NCBI GenBank assembly: GCA_965248175.1
Contig: OZ252093.1
Location: 2,681,108 to 2,745,107, forward strand
DNA length: 64,000 nucleotides
Reading direction: 5' to 3'
From: Rhodothermales bacterium
Lineage (GTDB): Bacteria; Bacteroidota; Rhodothermia; Rhodothermales; VXPQ01
Both the position numbers and the translations under genes were made by a program. Shown here one piece after another: positions 39,504 through 48,234 of the stretch. The notes beneath the pieces were generated by a model. It saw nothing but the letters and a program-made list of their open reading frames with translations. It was not told where the DNA came from and searched no databases. Positions within the stretch are counted from its first letter, which is position 1; each line of letters opens with the position of its first letter.

Positions 39504-39658
39504 GCAGCAAGCCCAAATCCCCCAAGCGCATCCGTCCGGCGGACCGGGAAATGCCGGAGTAGATTCCCGACACGCCGGAGAACATCGCGAAGTCGATCCT
39601 GTTCAGTCCGCCTCGTAAGAAGGAGGATTGGAAGTTTATGAAGAAGGAGAAGGATTAG
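39500..39658 (+). pseudogene. Small basic ORF with an internal TAG
   Basis: MSSKPKSPKRIRPADREMPE*IPDTPENIAKSILFSPPRKKEDWKFMKKEKD*; ATGA overlap with higA; in-frame TAG at 39560. Confidence 0.55.
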
Positions 39659-39734
39659 CGCATTCGATATCCGGCCAAAGCTATGTGCCCGAAGCACATA
39701 CGTTTTTGGCCATATCCAACCCCCTCCCCCACAG

Positions 39735-39771
39735 AAGCCCCGTCCAGCGAACCGGACGGGGCTTTTTGTTT
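39735..39771 (+). terminator. Intrinsic terminator
   Basis: AAGCCCCGTCC-8 nt loop-GGACGGGGCTT followed by TTTGTTT. Confidence 0.8.
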
Positions 39772-39880
39772 GGGGCAAAACGGCAATTTTTGCCGATTTG
39801 GGAAATGACGCAGATTCCGGGCTTCGGCACTATTGGATATAATTCCCGAAAAAAACATGCGAAAGAGAAAAAATGCAATG

Positions 39881-39950
39881 GTAAAGACAAAATACGATAG
39901 TAAAGAAAAGACGCAAGAGTAAAGGAAAGGGAGCAACGGTAAAGAAAAGT
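39881..39950 (+). repeat. A-rich GTAAAG repeat, four copies
   Basis: GTAAAG at 39881, 39900, 39919, 39939 (spacing 19, 19, 20). Confidence 0.7.
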
Positions 39951-40008
39951 ATCTGGCGCCGTTCCGGACGTAACGGGAGACGCTACCTATGTGAGCAGAA
40001 CGGTGAGG
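39944..40008 (+). repeat. 65-bp direct repeat, right copy
   Basis: See 38294-38358; offset 1650 bp. Confidence 0.9.
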
Positions 40009-40622
40009 CTGCGCGGGCCGTGCGCCCCGATAACCAGTGTTTGTTCAATGTCGGCGGTCTTGGACGGACCGGCCACAAACACGCCATAGCCTTCCCGGGC
40101 CACATCAAGGGTATCGTATGCTGCGTGCATGTCCGGCACGATGACGCTCCTGTCCAGCACAAGCACCAGATGCTGCGTCAGAAACGGGGCGGCCCGCGGT
40201 CCCATCCCTGATTCGCCCAGCCATACGGCCCCGTTCTCCGCCACGCCGAGTTCACCGGGGCACACCAGTACATCGAGCCCGGCCAGGGTGTGCGCGTCGG
40301 TGCGGGCGTCCATCCGGTCGAAGGCCCACGCCGGAACCGTCGCAGCGATGGAGGCAGCCTCCGGGAACCGCTCCCGCACAGCCGCTTCTACCCCTCCCGT
40401 TTCCACAATCTGTACGGCCGCGGCGGCGGCCTCCACCGACGCCATGAAGCGGGAGACCAGATCGCCGGTATCCGCATCCCGGACGCCGGTGATGGGCGGA
40501 AGGGGCACGGCAGGCAGCCTGGCGCGACGCACCGCTTCAAGGATGGCTTCGCGGGCTTGGGATCCGTTTTGCGTTCCGTTCCCTGCCCTGTTCCGGGTGG
40601 TATGATCGTCCTTTCGCTTCAT
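39987..40622 (-). CDS. lutC: L-lactate utilization protein C (LUD domain)
   Basis: GVAENGAVW, FVAGPSKTADIEQTLVIGAHGPR. Confidence 0.9.
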   Translation of the reverse strand: MKRKDDHTTRNRAGNGTQNGSQAREAILEAVRRARLPAVPLPPITGVRDADTGDLVSRFMASVEAAAAAVQIVETGGVEAAVRERFPEAASIAATVPAWAFDRMDARTDAHTLAGLDVLVCPGELGVAENGAVWLGESGMGPRAAPFLTQHLVLVLDRSVIVPDMHAAYDTLDVAREGYGVFVAGPSKTADIEQTLVIGAHGPRSLTVLLT

Positions 40623-40864
40623 GCCTTCCTCCGCTCAGCGGCATACCATTCACCAAGCGACCGGGTGGTATGATCGTCCTTTCGCTTCATGCCTTCCTCC
40701 GCTCAGCGGCATACCATTCACCAAGCGACCGGGTGGTATGATCGTCCTTTCGCTTCATGCCTTCCTCCGCTCAGCGGCATACCATTCACCAAGCGACCGG
40801 GTGGTATGGTGGTCCTTTCGCTTCATTCCTTCCCCCGCTCAGCGGCATACCATTCGCCAAACGA
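40593..40864. repeat. Four tandem 68-bp units spanning the lutB-stop/lutC-start junction; encode three 23-aa mini-ORFs on the minus strand
   Basis: Units start at 40593, 40661, 40729, 40797; first three identical, fourth divergent. Mini-ORFs at 40755-40826, 40687-40758 and 40619-40690. Confidence 0.95.
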
Positions 40865-42220
40865 CCGGGCGGGATGTTCCGGAAGCTCCCTCGCCCGTCC
40901 CCAGGCATTCCAGCGCCCATAGAGCAGGCGGCGCGGCGCATACCGCAGCAGGCTCCGGGCCAACCGGCCCGCCAGCCGGTACCGGGCCGGGCCACTGGTA
41001 ATCCATCCGGTCAGTTTCATCCCCAGACGTTTGCCCCGGGAGACATGCCCTTCACGCACCGCAACCTCCCGCCACCGGTATAACTGGGCATGGATATCGA
41101 TCTTGACCGGGCATACGTCGCTGCACGACCCGCACAGGGACGAGGCAAACGGCAGCGCAGCATACTTCTTCATATCTATGCCGGGCGCCAGAATCGCCCC
41201 GATCGGACCGGATGGCGTGGCTCCGTAGCTGTGGCCGCCGCTGCGCCGGTATACAGGGCACGTATTCAGGCACGCCCCGCACCGTATGCACTTGAGCGAA
41301 GCGCGAAAATCCTCCCGCGCCAAGTGGCGCGTGCGCCCGTTGTCCACGAGCACGATGTGAAGCTCGCGGCCCGGCGCCGGGCGGTGAAAATGCGATGTGT
41401 AGATGGAAAGAGGCTGGCCTGTGGCGCTGCGGGCCAGCAGACGCAGGAAAACCCCGAGATGCTCCGGTTTCGGGATGAGTTTCTCTATACCCATGCAGGC
41501 AATGTGCACCGGCGCCAGGTGTACGCCCAGGTCCGCATTTCCCTCGTTGGTTACCACCACCAGTCCGCCGGTGGCGGCCACGGCGAAATTGACGCCCGTG
41601 ATGGCGGCATCGGCGGTCAGGAAGCGGGCGCGCATATCCTGGCGCATGGCCCCGGCCAGAAACTGCGGATCGGACGATCCGGCGGGTGTGCCCAGCTTCT
41701 CGTGGAACAGGACGGAAATCTCCTCCCTCCGGACATGGATCGCCGGCGCCACAAGATGGCTGGGGGGCTCCTCTCTGAGTTGTACGATGCGTTCGCCGAG
41801 ATCCGTATCCACGACCTCGAGGCCGCGTGCTTCGAGATACGGGTTCAGACCGCATTCCTCCGTCAGCATGGACTTGCTCTTGACCACGCGGCGGACGCCC
41901 CGCGCTTCGAGCAGATCGTACACGATGCGATTGTGCGCCTCGGCGTCCGCAGCCCAGTGGACCTGCACGCCGTTCGCCGTTGCGCACGCCTCGAACTCGA
42001 CCAGGTACTCGTCCAGTTTCGACAGCGTGTGCTCCTTGATCTGCGAAGCCAGATCGCGCAGCCGCTCCCACCCTTCCACGCTCCCGGAGACCGCATCACG
42101 CTTGCCGCGGAGGTGCCAGAGTACGGAATCGTGCCAGGTTACCTGCTCTGCATTCGCAATGAAGCGTGCCGCCCGGTCGGAGTGATCGACGGGGCCAGCG
42201 TTCTGTATAGCGTCATGCAT
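40823..42220 (-). CDS. lutB: L-lactate utilization Fe-S protein B
   Basis: VKSKSMLTEE, TDLGERIVQL, TNEGNAD, CIRCGACLNTCPVY, SSLCGSCSDVCPVKI. Confidence 0.92.
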   Translation of the reverse strand: MHDAIQNAGPVDHSDRAARFIANAEQVTWHDSVLWHLRGKRDAVSGSVEGWERLRDLASQIKEHTLSKLDEYLVEFEACATANGVQVHWAADAEAHNRIVYDLLEARGVRRVVKSKSMLTEECGLNPYLEARGLEVVDTDLGERIVQLREEPPSHLVAPAIHVRREEISVLFHEKLGTPAGSSDPQFLAGAMRQDMRARFLTADAAITGVNFAVAATGGLVVVTNEGNADLGVHLAPVHIACMGIEKLIPKPEHLGVFLRLLARSATGQPLSIYTSHFHRPAPGRELHIVLVDNGRTRHLAREDFRASLKCIRCGACLNTCPVYRRSGGHSYGATPSGPIGAILAPGIDMKKYAALPFASSLCGSCSDVCPVKIDIHAQLYRWREVAVREGHVSRGKRLGMKLTGWITSGPARYRLAGRLARSLLRYAPRRLLYGRWNAWGRARELPEHPARSFGEWYAAERGKE

Positions 42221-42941
42221 GATTCGCCTCCGCACTTCCGTTCAGAATCTCGGCCACATGCAGCACCCGCAGCGACATTTCCCGGCGACGAATCAGCCCG
42301 TCGAGGTGCATCAGACAGGACATATCGGCGCCCGTGATGACCTCCACGCCATGCTGCAGGTGATCGTCGAGACGATCAGCGCCCATCCGAACCGAAACCG
42401 CCTCTTCCTGTACCGCGAACACCCCTCCGAAGCCGCAACATTCGTCGGGACGGCTCAACCCGACCAGTTCCAGCCCGTTTACCATACCCAGAAGGCGCGC
42501 CACATGATCGAACGGCGGCTCGCGGCGCTCCGAGGAACTTGCCAGACGCAATCCCCGGAGCCCATGGCAGGAAGCATGCAGACCCACTCGACAAGAAAAG
42601 GACGCATCCAGGCAGTCCACCTGCAACACTTCCACAAGAAACTGGCACAATTCGTAATAACGGACGGCTGCCGTCTGCTCGACATGCTCCCGGAGATGCA
42701 GCACACAACTCCCCGACGGCCCCACCACATAATCGAATTCCCGGAAACAGGCCGCCGTATGCCGGTGCGTCGCTTCGGCGTCCTCCGCGCACCCGGCGTT
42801 CGCCATCGGCTGGCCGCAGCACGTCTGCTCGCGGGGATACGCCACCTCGCAGCCGAGATGCTCCAGCAGTTCGAGCGTCGCCACGGCCACCTGCGGGTAG
42901 AACTGGTCGATATAACAGGGAACGAACAGGCCTACTTTCAT
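42213..42941 (-). CDS. lutA: L-lactate utilization protein A (CCG domains)
   Basis: MKVGLFVPCYIDQ, QTCCGQP, ECCGFGG, DMSCLMHL; ATG overlaps the rhaD stop. Confidence 0.92.
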   Translation of the reverse strand: MKVGLFVPCYIDQFYPQVAVATLELLEHLGCEVAYPREQTCCGQPMANAGCAEDAEATHRHTAACFREFDYVVGPSGSCVLHLREHVEQTAAVRYYELCQFLVEVLQVDCLDASFSCRVGLHASCHGLRGLRLASSSERREPPFDHVARLLGMVNGLELVGLSRPDECCGFGGVFAVQEEAVSVRMGADRLDDHLQHGVEVITGADMSCLMHLDGLIRRREMSLRVLHVAEILNGSAEANHA

Positions 42942-45097
42942 CGCAGGAATGCCTCCGGCAGCCCGCCGTCCACTTGAAGGATCTGCCCGGTGGTCTTGCC
43001 CAAACGGCGGCTCGCCAGCAGAAAAACAGCCTCGGCCTGATCCCCGACGCCAATGATCTGCCGGGTGAGCGTACGCTCTGCGTAGAAATCCGCCAACCGG
43101 CGGCACAGCGTTTCCGTATCCTCCTGCTCCTCGCAGGGCAACCCGTAACGGGCCAGCGAGGCTATGACGCGGTCCCTCGAAAACATGGCGCTCCCATCGA
43201 GCACCGTTGCCGGCGCCACGGCGTTGACGCGAATCTTCGGCGCCAGCCGCATGGCCAGTTCGCGCACGAGATGGTTTGCGGCGGCCTTGCTCGTGTCGTA
43301 CGCGAGGCTTCCCGACTTGACGACGACAGCATTGGCGCTGGTCGTCAGTACGAGGCTCCCCGGCAGGTCCTGCGCCGACCATATCCGGGCCGCCTCGTCC
43401 GCCACGATCCAGGAGCCGGTCACGTTCACGCCGAACGCATGGGCCCAGGCCGCATCAGATATGTTGCCCCCGGCATCCGGGGTCGGATACAGTCCGGCCG
43501 TGACCACCACATGATCTATCCCCCCGCAGGCAAGCACCACATGCTGCAATGCGCTGCGCACCGACGCCCGGTCCGTTATATCGGCTCCGAAAGCAAGCAC
43601 ATCATCCGTACCCGTGCGGCGCATCATCTCAAGCGCCGTGGCGCGGGCGGCGCTTTCGTCCAGATCGACCACCGCCACTACCGCCCCCTCGTCCGCAAGA
43701 CGCTGCGCCACCGCGGCCCCGATCCCGCTGCCTGCCCCCACGACCACCGCCACCTCGCGCGCCAGTTCTTTCTCGGGAGGCATACGCTGCAACTTCGCCT
43801 CCTCCAGCGCCCAGTATTCGATATCGAAAGCTTCCTGCCGGGGCAGCGCCGTATACGCCCCGATCGCTTCCGCGCCGCGCATGACCTCTATGGCGGCAGC
43901 GTAGAACTCCGCGGCGAGACGGCTCTCGCGTCCGGTCTTGCCCCACCCGATCATGCCAAGGCCCGGCAGAAGCAACACCGACGGCAGGGCACTGCGCATC
44001 GCCGGAGAATCCGGGTGGCGGCACGCCTCGTAATAGGCCGCGTAGTCGTCCGCGTAGCCGGCCAGCGCCTCGTCGAGATGCTCCCGAAGCGCATCGGAAT
44101 CCCCGTCCGCGGGATGCCGGTCCACGTACAACGGCTTGATTTTCGTGCGCAGAAAGTGATCCGGGCACGACGTGCCCAGTTCGGCGAGCCGGGCAGCTTC
44201 GCGGGAGTTCACGAATTGGAGTACCTCCTTCGACGTATCGACCGTAGCGACTGCCTTCCGGTCCCGGCTCAGCCGCCCGCGCAGCCAGGGCAACAGATCG
44301 GCCAGCACGGCGTTGCGCTCCGCCTCGGAAAGCGCCTCGTATTTTGCCCCTCCGAACGGGGTGTTTCCGGCCCGCTCGGCTACAAACTGCTCTGCTCGAT
44401 CCATCAGGCGGAGTGTGAGTAAGTAGCATTCCCGGTCGTCGTCGGCCCAGTTGATGAGGCCGTGACCGCCCAGCATCACCCCCTTCGCCTCCGGGTATTC
44501 CTCGCAAACGCGCTGCATGTCGAGGCCCAACTCGAAACCGGGCCGTTTCCAGTCCACCCATACCACCTCGTCGCCGTACGCCTCGCGCGTCAACTCGGCG
44601 CCGTTGTCCGCCGTGGCGATCGCGATGGCGGCCACCGGGTGCATGTGATCCACATGCCGATACGGCACGAACCCGTGCAAGGGGGTGTCGATGCTGGGCG
44701 CTCGCCGGTTCAGATTGAAAACGGCATGCGCGTACATCGCAGGCATGGCGTCCTCTGCCTGCGTCTTCAGGCCCCGATCGGGGAATCGCGCATAGGTCTC
44801 CTGCAGGGCAAGCAGTTTTTGCTGGTACAGGGAAGAGAAATTTTCCCTCCCTGCGGAGCCCAGGTCGCCGCCGGACCCCTTGACCCACAACACCTCCACC
44901 TCCTCGCCCGTGACGGGATCCCGCTCCATGATCTTCGACGACGTGTTGCCGCCCCCGGTATTCGTGAAGCGCAGGTCGCTACCCAGCAGATTCGAGCGAT
45001 ACACGAGGCGGCCCAGCCCGTCCAGCCCGGCGGCAATGGCCTCGTCCCACTTGTCCTCTACATGCAGGAATTTCGGGGATTCGGGAGTGTTGTTCAT
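42938..45097 (-). CDS. rhaD: Bifunctional rhamnulose-1-phosphate aldolase / short-chain (lactaldehyde) dehydrogenase
   Basis: LVYRSNLLGSD...GGGNTSSK, VKGSGGDL, PSIDTPLH, SCPDHFLRTK, IEYWALEEAKL, GAGSGIG, YDTSKAA. Confidence 0.92.
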   Translation of the reverse strand: MNNTPESPKFLHVEDKWDEAIAAGLDGLGRLVYRSNLLGSDLRFTNTGGGNTSSKIMERDPVTGEEVEVLWVKGSGGDLGSAGRENFSSLYQQKLLALQETYARFPDRGLKTQAEDAMPAMYAHAVFNLNRRAPSIDTPLHGFVPYRHVDHMHPVAAIAIATADNGAELTREAYGDEVVWVDWKRPGFELGLDMQRVCEEYPEAKGVMLGGHGLINWADDDRECYLLTLRLMDRAEQFVAERAGNTPFGGAKYEALSEAERNAVLADLLPWLRGRLSRDRKAVATVDTSKEVLQFVNSREAARLAELGTSCPDHFLRTKIKPLYVDRHPADGDSDALREHLDEALAGYADDYAAYYEACRHPDSPAMRSALPSVLLLPGLGMIGWGKTGRESRLAAEFYAAAIEVMRGAEAIGAYTALPRQEAFDIEYWALEEAKLQRMPPEKELAREVAVVVGAGSGIGAAVAQRLADEGAVVAVVDLDESAARATALEMMRRTGTDDVLAFGADITDRASVRSALQHVVLACGGIDHVVVTAGLYPTPDAGGNISDAAWAHAFGVNVTGSWIVADEAARIWSAQDLPGSLVLTTSANAVVVKSGSLAYDTSKAAANHLVRELAMRLAPKIRVNAVAPATVLDGSAMFSRDRVIASLARYGLPCEEQEDTETLCRRLADFYAERTLTRQIIGVGDQAEAVFLLASRRLGKTTGQILQVDGGLPEAFLR

Positions 45098-45100
45098 CGC

Positions 45101-45210
45101 ATTGTGAAGATGTTGTGAATATACTATTAAGAGGTTATATAAAAGTTATGGGGGTGTTGTGGAGGTTACGGAGGCATGAGGAAATTACCGGAAATTATGG
45201 AAGGGTATTG
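45101..45210 (+). repeat. Purine-rich 10-bp-periodic satellite, left part
   Basis: gaggttatat / aaaagttatg / ... / gaggcatgag gaaattaccg gaaattatgg aagggtattg. Confidence 0.7.
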
Positions 45211-45272
45211 AGAAATGGTCCGAAAAAACTGGACAGTTTTTTTTGCGTTTTTAAGTGTACTGTCGCGTCGGG

Positions 45273-46150
45273 TTATGCCGCTTTGGGCAGCGGTTTTCGT
45301 TTGTAGAATACGTCGTCGGGGGTCCGGTTGTCAAGTCCCTGGTGAGGCCGCTCTTCGTTGAAGTAGCGCAGGTAATCGGCAATCCCCTTCCCGGCCTCGC
45401 TCACCGTCTCGTACGCGCGCCGGTAGACTTCTTCCTGCTTGAGGCTGCGCCAGAGGCGCTCCACGTACACGTTATCGAGCCAGCGGCCCTTGCCGTCCAT
45501 AGGGATGCGCACGCCATGCTCCTTGAGCGCACCGGTGAACGCCTCGGAGGTAAACTGCGCTCCCTGATCGGTATTGAAGACCTCAGGTGCACCGTAGCGG
45601 ACAATGGCTTCTTCCATCGCTTCGACGCAAAAGGCGGCGTCCATCGTGTTCGATAGCCGGTGGGCGAGCACCTTGCGGCTATACCAGTCGATCACGGCCA
45701 CAAGATAAAGAAAGCCCTTCGCCATAGGGATGTACGTAATGTCCGCCGCATAGACCTGCCGGGGTCTCGTCACCTTCATGCCTCTGAGCAGATAAGGATA
45801 AATCCTGTGCCCTTCTCCCGGAGACGACGTGCGGCGCTTGGGGTAAATGGCCCTAAGGCCCATCAGGCGCATGAGGCGAACGACGCGGCTTCTGGCGACA
45901 CGGACGCCTCGCGCCTCGAGCATGCTCTTTATCGTGCGCGATCCGCTTGTGGGACGCTCCATATAGAGCCTGTCGATCTCTTTCATCGCCGCAAGGTTCT
46001 CTTCGCTCTCTGCGCGAGGGGTATAGTAGGCCGTCGAACGACTCAACGACAAGAGCCTCGACTGGCGAACCACGGGCATGGTATGGGCGCGATCTATCCT
46101 CGCCCGGCGCTCGGCTATCGGTCTCGACCGAGCGCCTTCGATAAAAAATC
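45273..46150 (-). CDS. IS3 transposase OrfB (DDE), probably reached by -1 frameshift
   Basis: YAADITYIP, FNTDQGAQFTS, DGKGRWLDNVYVERLWRSLK. Confidence 0.9.
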
Positions 46151-46408
46151 CTTCTCCATCGACAACTCTCCGATCTTCGCGTGAAGCACCTTTATCCGGT
46201 CGTCGCGCTCGTCCGGAGCGCCGCCGCGGCCTCGGGTGAAAGCCTCCTCGGCGGTCTCTACCAGCTGCTTCTTCCACGATTGTATCTGGTTCGGGTGCAC
46301 CTCGAAGCGCTCGGCGAGTTCGGCCAGCGTACGGTCGCCGCGAACGGCGGCGAGGGCTACCTTCGCCTTGAACGAAGGACTATGGGTTCTGCGTGTGCGT
46401 CTTGACAT
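46115..46408 (-). CDS. IS3 transposase OrfA (HTH)
   Basis: HSPSFKAKVAL...LAELAERFEVHPNQIQSWKKQL...KIGELSMEKDFL. Confidence 0.9.
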   Translation of the reverse strand: MSRRTRRTHSPSFKAKVALAAVRGDRTLAELAERFEVHPNQIQSWKKQLVETAEEAFTRGRGGAPDERDDRIKVLHAKIGELSMEKDFLSKALGRDR

Positions 46409-46503
46409 GGGTCTCGTCGGGTTAGATTGTATCGAAACAAGGTCGCAACACTACACCTTAAATTCCCCGGAAATCTGTCCAATCAACCCGAACCACCTCT
46501 TTG

Positions 46504-46800
46504 GGGCTATGAAGAAGTTACCGGGAGCTATGGGAAGATATTGGCGCTATGAGAAAGTTACCGGGGATTGTGAGAGGGTATGGGCGATGCGGGGAAATTA
46601 TTGGCGCGATCATGTAACGAGAAATTTGCGGGGAATTTTCAAAATAACGGGGAATTATATTATTTTCAGGGAATTACAAAAATAGCGGGTAATTATCAAA
46701 TTTACGGGGAATCGCGAGAGTGCTATCGGGAAATTACCGGAGTGCTGTGCTATCAGGGAGCCATGAAGGTATCGCAGGGCTGAGGAAACACCATGGGGGC
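46504..46800 (+). repeat. Purine-rich satellite, right part (40-bp higher-order units, then GGGAATT repeats)
   Basis: 46504-46543 and 46544-46583 align in register with 45171-45210 once the IS and one TTG are removed. Confidence 0.75.
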
Positions 46801-46802
46801 AC

Positions 46803-48206
46803 TTATGGAGATATCTGGCCGGTTGGCGTATATGTGCGCACGGTGCAGGACCGGGCGGACACCTCGCGCAGGGAAACGCCATGCGGCAGGGCGCCCAGCG
46901 TCCTGAGCTGGATCAGCACATTCCCAAGCGCTGTCGCCTCGACGGGGCCGGCCACCACGGGCCGGTTGCACGCCTGTGCCGTCAATGCACACAGCAGGCT
47001 GTTCTGCGCCCCGCCGCCCATGAGGTGCAGCACGTCGATGCCTTGCCCCGTCACCCGTTCCAGATCGGCGAGCGCCCGGCGGTAACTGTCCGCAATGCTC
47101 TCCACGATCAGGCGGCACAACGCGCCGCGCGACGCCGGAAGCGGCGATCCGTTTTCGCGCAACGCACCCAGCAGACGTTCCTCCATGCCGTCCCGGTGCA
47201 AAAAGCGCGGATCCTCCAGATCCACCACGACTCCCATAGAGGGCGCCGCGCGAGCCTCCTCCTGTAATGCATCCCATGCCACGCCCCCCCATTCGCGCGC
47301 GCATTCCTGCAACACCCACAGCCCGGTCAGGTTCTTCAGCAACCGGATGGAGCCGTCCAGCCCCGCCTCGTTCGTGAACCCGGCGGCGAGCGCCTCGGAG
47401 GTCACGACGGGCGTAGCGCGTTCCACCCCGAAAAGCGACCAGGTCCCGCAACTGATGTAGGCCCATGCCGCATCCGGATCGACCGCCGGAGCAGCCGCTA
47501 CAGCCAGCGCCGTATCGTGGCTGCATGTGGCCACGACAGCGATTTCCGGATGGCCATGCACCGACCCGAGGATCGTGCCCGACGGAACGATTTCGGGCCA
47601 CCGGGCAGGATCGAGGCCAAGCTTTCGCATGAGCGGGGACGCCCACTGCCTCGTATGCACATCCATCATCTGTGTGGTGCTGGCCAGCGACGCTTCGATA
47701 GCGCGCCTGCCCCCAAGCCGGTGGTTGAAATAATCGGCCATCGTGAGGCAATGCGCCGCCTGCGCATCTTCCTGGCGGTCGGCCACCCACTGGTACAGCG
47801 TATTGAACGGCAAAAAGTAGATGCCGGTGCGTTCGTATATCTCCTCCGGCGGCACCGTTTCGGACACCGTCTCCATCACCCCGTCGAGGTGATGATCCCG
47901 GTAGCAATACGGCAAACGCATCGGGCGTCCATCCGCATCGAGCGACACATAATCGACGCCCCACGAGTCCACGGAAACCGACCGAACTCCGGGCGCCTCG
48001 GCAAGCGCCGCCCTCAGCCCGATCCCTATCTCCTCCTCGATGGCGTGAATGTCCCACCGGATATGCCCATCTTCCTCCACGATGGGCGTCCCGAAACGGT
48101 GCACTTGCCGGATCTCCATACGCTCTCCGTCGAACCGACCCAGCACGACGCGCCCACTCGCAGCGCCGAGGTCCACGGCAAGCATATGTTGTGCCCGTTC
48201 CCGCAT
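46803..48206 (-). CDS. rhaB: Rhamnulokinase
   Basis: LAVDLGAASGRV, VDSWGVDY, FNTLYQ, SHDTA, ISCGTWSL, FTNEAG, LKNLTGLW, GPVEATALGN. Confidence 0.92.
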   Translation of the reverse strand: MRERAQHMLAVDLGAASGRVVLGRFDGERMEIRQVHRFGTPIVEEDGHIRWDIHAIEEEIGIGLRAALAEAPGVRSVSVDSWGVDYVSLDADGRPMRLPYCYRDHHLDGVMETVSETVPPEEIYERTGIYFLPFNTLYQWVADRQEDAQAAHCLTMADYFNHRLGGRRAIEASLASTTQMMDVHTRQWASPLMRKLGLDPARWPEIVPSGTILGSVHGHPEIAVVATCSHDTALAVAAAPAVDPDAAWAYISCGTWSLFGVERATPVVTSEALAAGFTNEAGLDGSIRLLKNLTGLWVLQECAREWGGVAWDALQEEARAAPSMGVVVDLEDPRFLHRDGMEERLLGALRENGSPLPASRGALCRLIVESIADSYRRALADLERVTGQGIDVLHLMGGGAQNSLLCALTAQACNRPVVAGPVEATALGNVLIQLRTLGALPHGVSLREVSARSCTVRTYTPTGQISP

Positions 48207-48234
48207 AAGCGCTCCCGTGTGCGTTCGTATCCGA

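Larger units (their letters stand above)
45211..46500 (-). mobile_element. Intact IS3-family element with 3-bp TTG target duplication
   Basis: Imperfect 26-bp IRs (AGAAATGGTCCGAAAAAACTGGACAG / revcomp AGAGGTGGTTCGGGTTGATTGGACAG); TTG on both flanks; orfA/orfB overlap with GATTTTTTA slippery site. Confidence 0.92.

Noticed and set aside
40593-40864. 68-bp repeats as a CRISPR array
   Set aside because: Units abut with no unique spacers, derive from lutB/lutC coding sequence, and no cas genes are present.
46649-46661. GGGAATTATAT as another IS1595 end
   Set aside because: Short match inside low-complexity GGGAATT repeats with no partner IR or DR.
45101-46800. 40-bp satellite as a degenerate CRISPR or as a coding repeat (ORF 46236..46685)
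   Set aside because: No constant repeat/variable spacer pattern; period is not a multiple of three; the ORF starts inside the IS on its antisense strand.
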